A stretch of 64,000 nt of DNA. Source: an uncultured Alphaproteobacteria bacterium (GTDB lineage Bacteria; Pseudomonadota; Alphaproteobacteria; RF32; CAG-239). Under the pieces are notes generated by a model. It was not told the origin of the DNA. It saw only the letters and a list, made by a program, of their open reading frames with translations, and did no database searches. Of this stretch, positions 63,987-64,000 are shown piece after piece. Position numbers and translations under genes: made by a program. Numbering within the stretch: position 1 is the stretch's first letter; the number at the start of each line of letters is the position of its first letter. The DNA lies in NCBI GenBank assembly GCA_944391415.1, contig CALXTM010000006.1:9488-73487 (forward strand), given 5' to 3'.

Positions 63987-64000
63987 GTATTGGGACTTTG

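Overview
The window reads as mostly core chromosome of an AT-rich alphaproteobacterium. The lineage call is an inference from CckA, GcrA and MipZ plus the rpoZ-spoT-acpS-lepB-rnc-era-fmt gene order. About 55 coding genes are supported: flagellar export genes flhB/fliR/fliQ, pgm, a SPOR-domain DD-carboxypeptidase, anmK, an ECF sigma cluster, nhaA, tsaC, pepA, a 1186-aa pyruvate:ferredoxin oxidoreductase, secA, prfC, tig, clpPX, a family-4 UDG and a lytic transglycosylase. There are four tRNA genes (His, Gln, Leu, Gly). The most unusual signal is at three of them (His, Gln, Gly). In each, a 70-76 bp block running from the T-arm through the 3' end and terminator is directly duplicated around a short, hairpin-rich insert. 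At tRNA-Gly this has been amplified into a perfect 197-bp tandem array. Other leads are:
- a promoter-fed tandem array of structured RNA-like modules at 11.0-11.5 kb;
- an HNH-nuclease/SUKH-immunity pair translationally coupled to tsaC;
- a retropepsin-like lipoprotein, 7TM transglutaminase-like protein and RimK-like ATP-grasp triad;
- two paralogous Cys-containing secreted proteins upstream of the transglycosylase;
- several orphan proteins.
No integrase, transposase, CRISPR array or cas gene is visible. All homology calls are by-eye motif recognition, not database searches.
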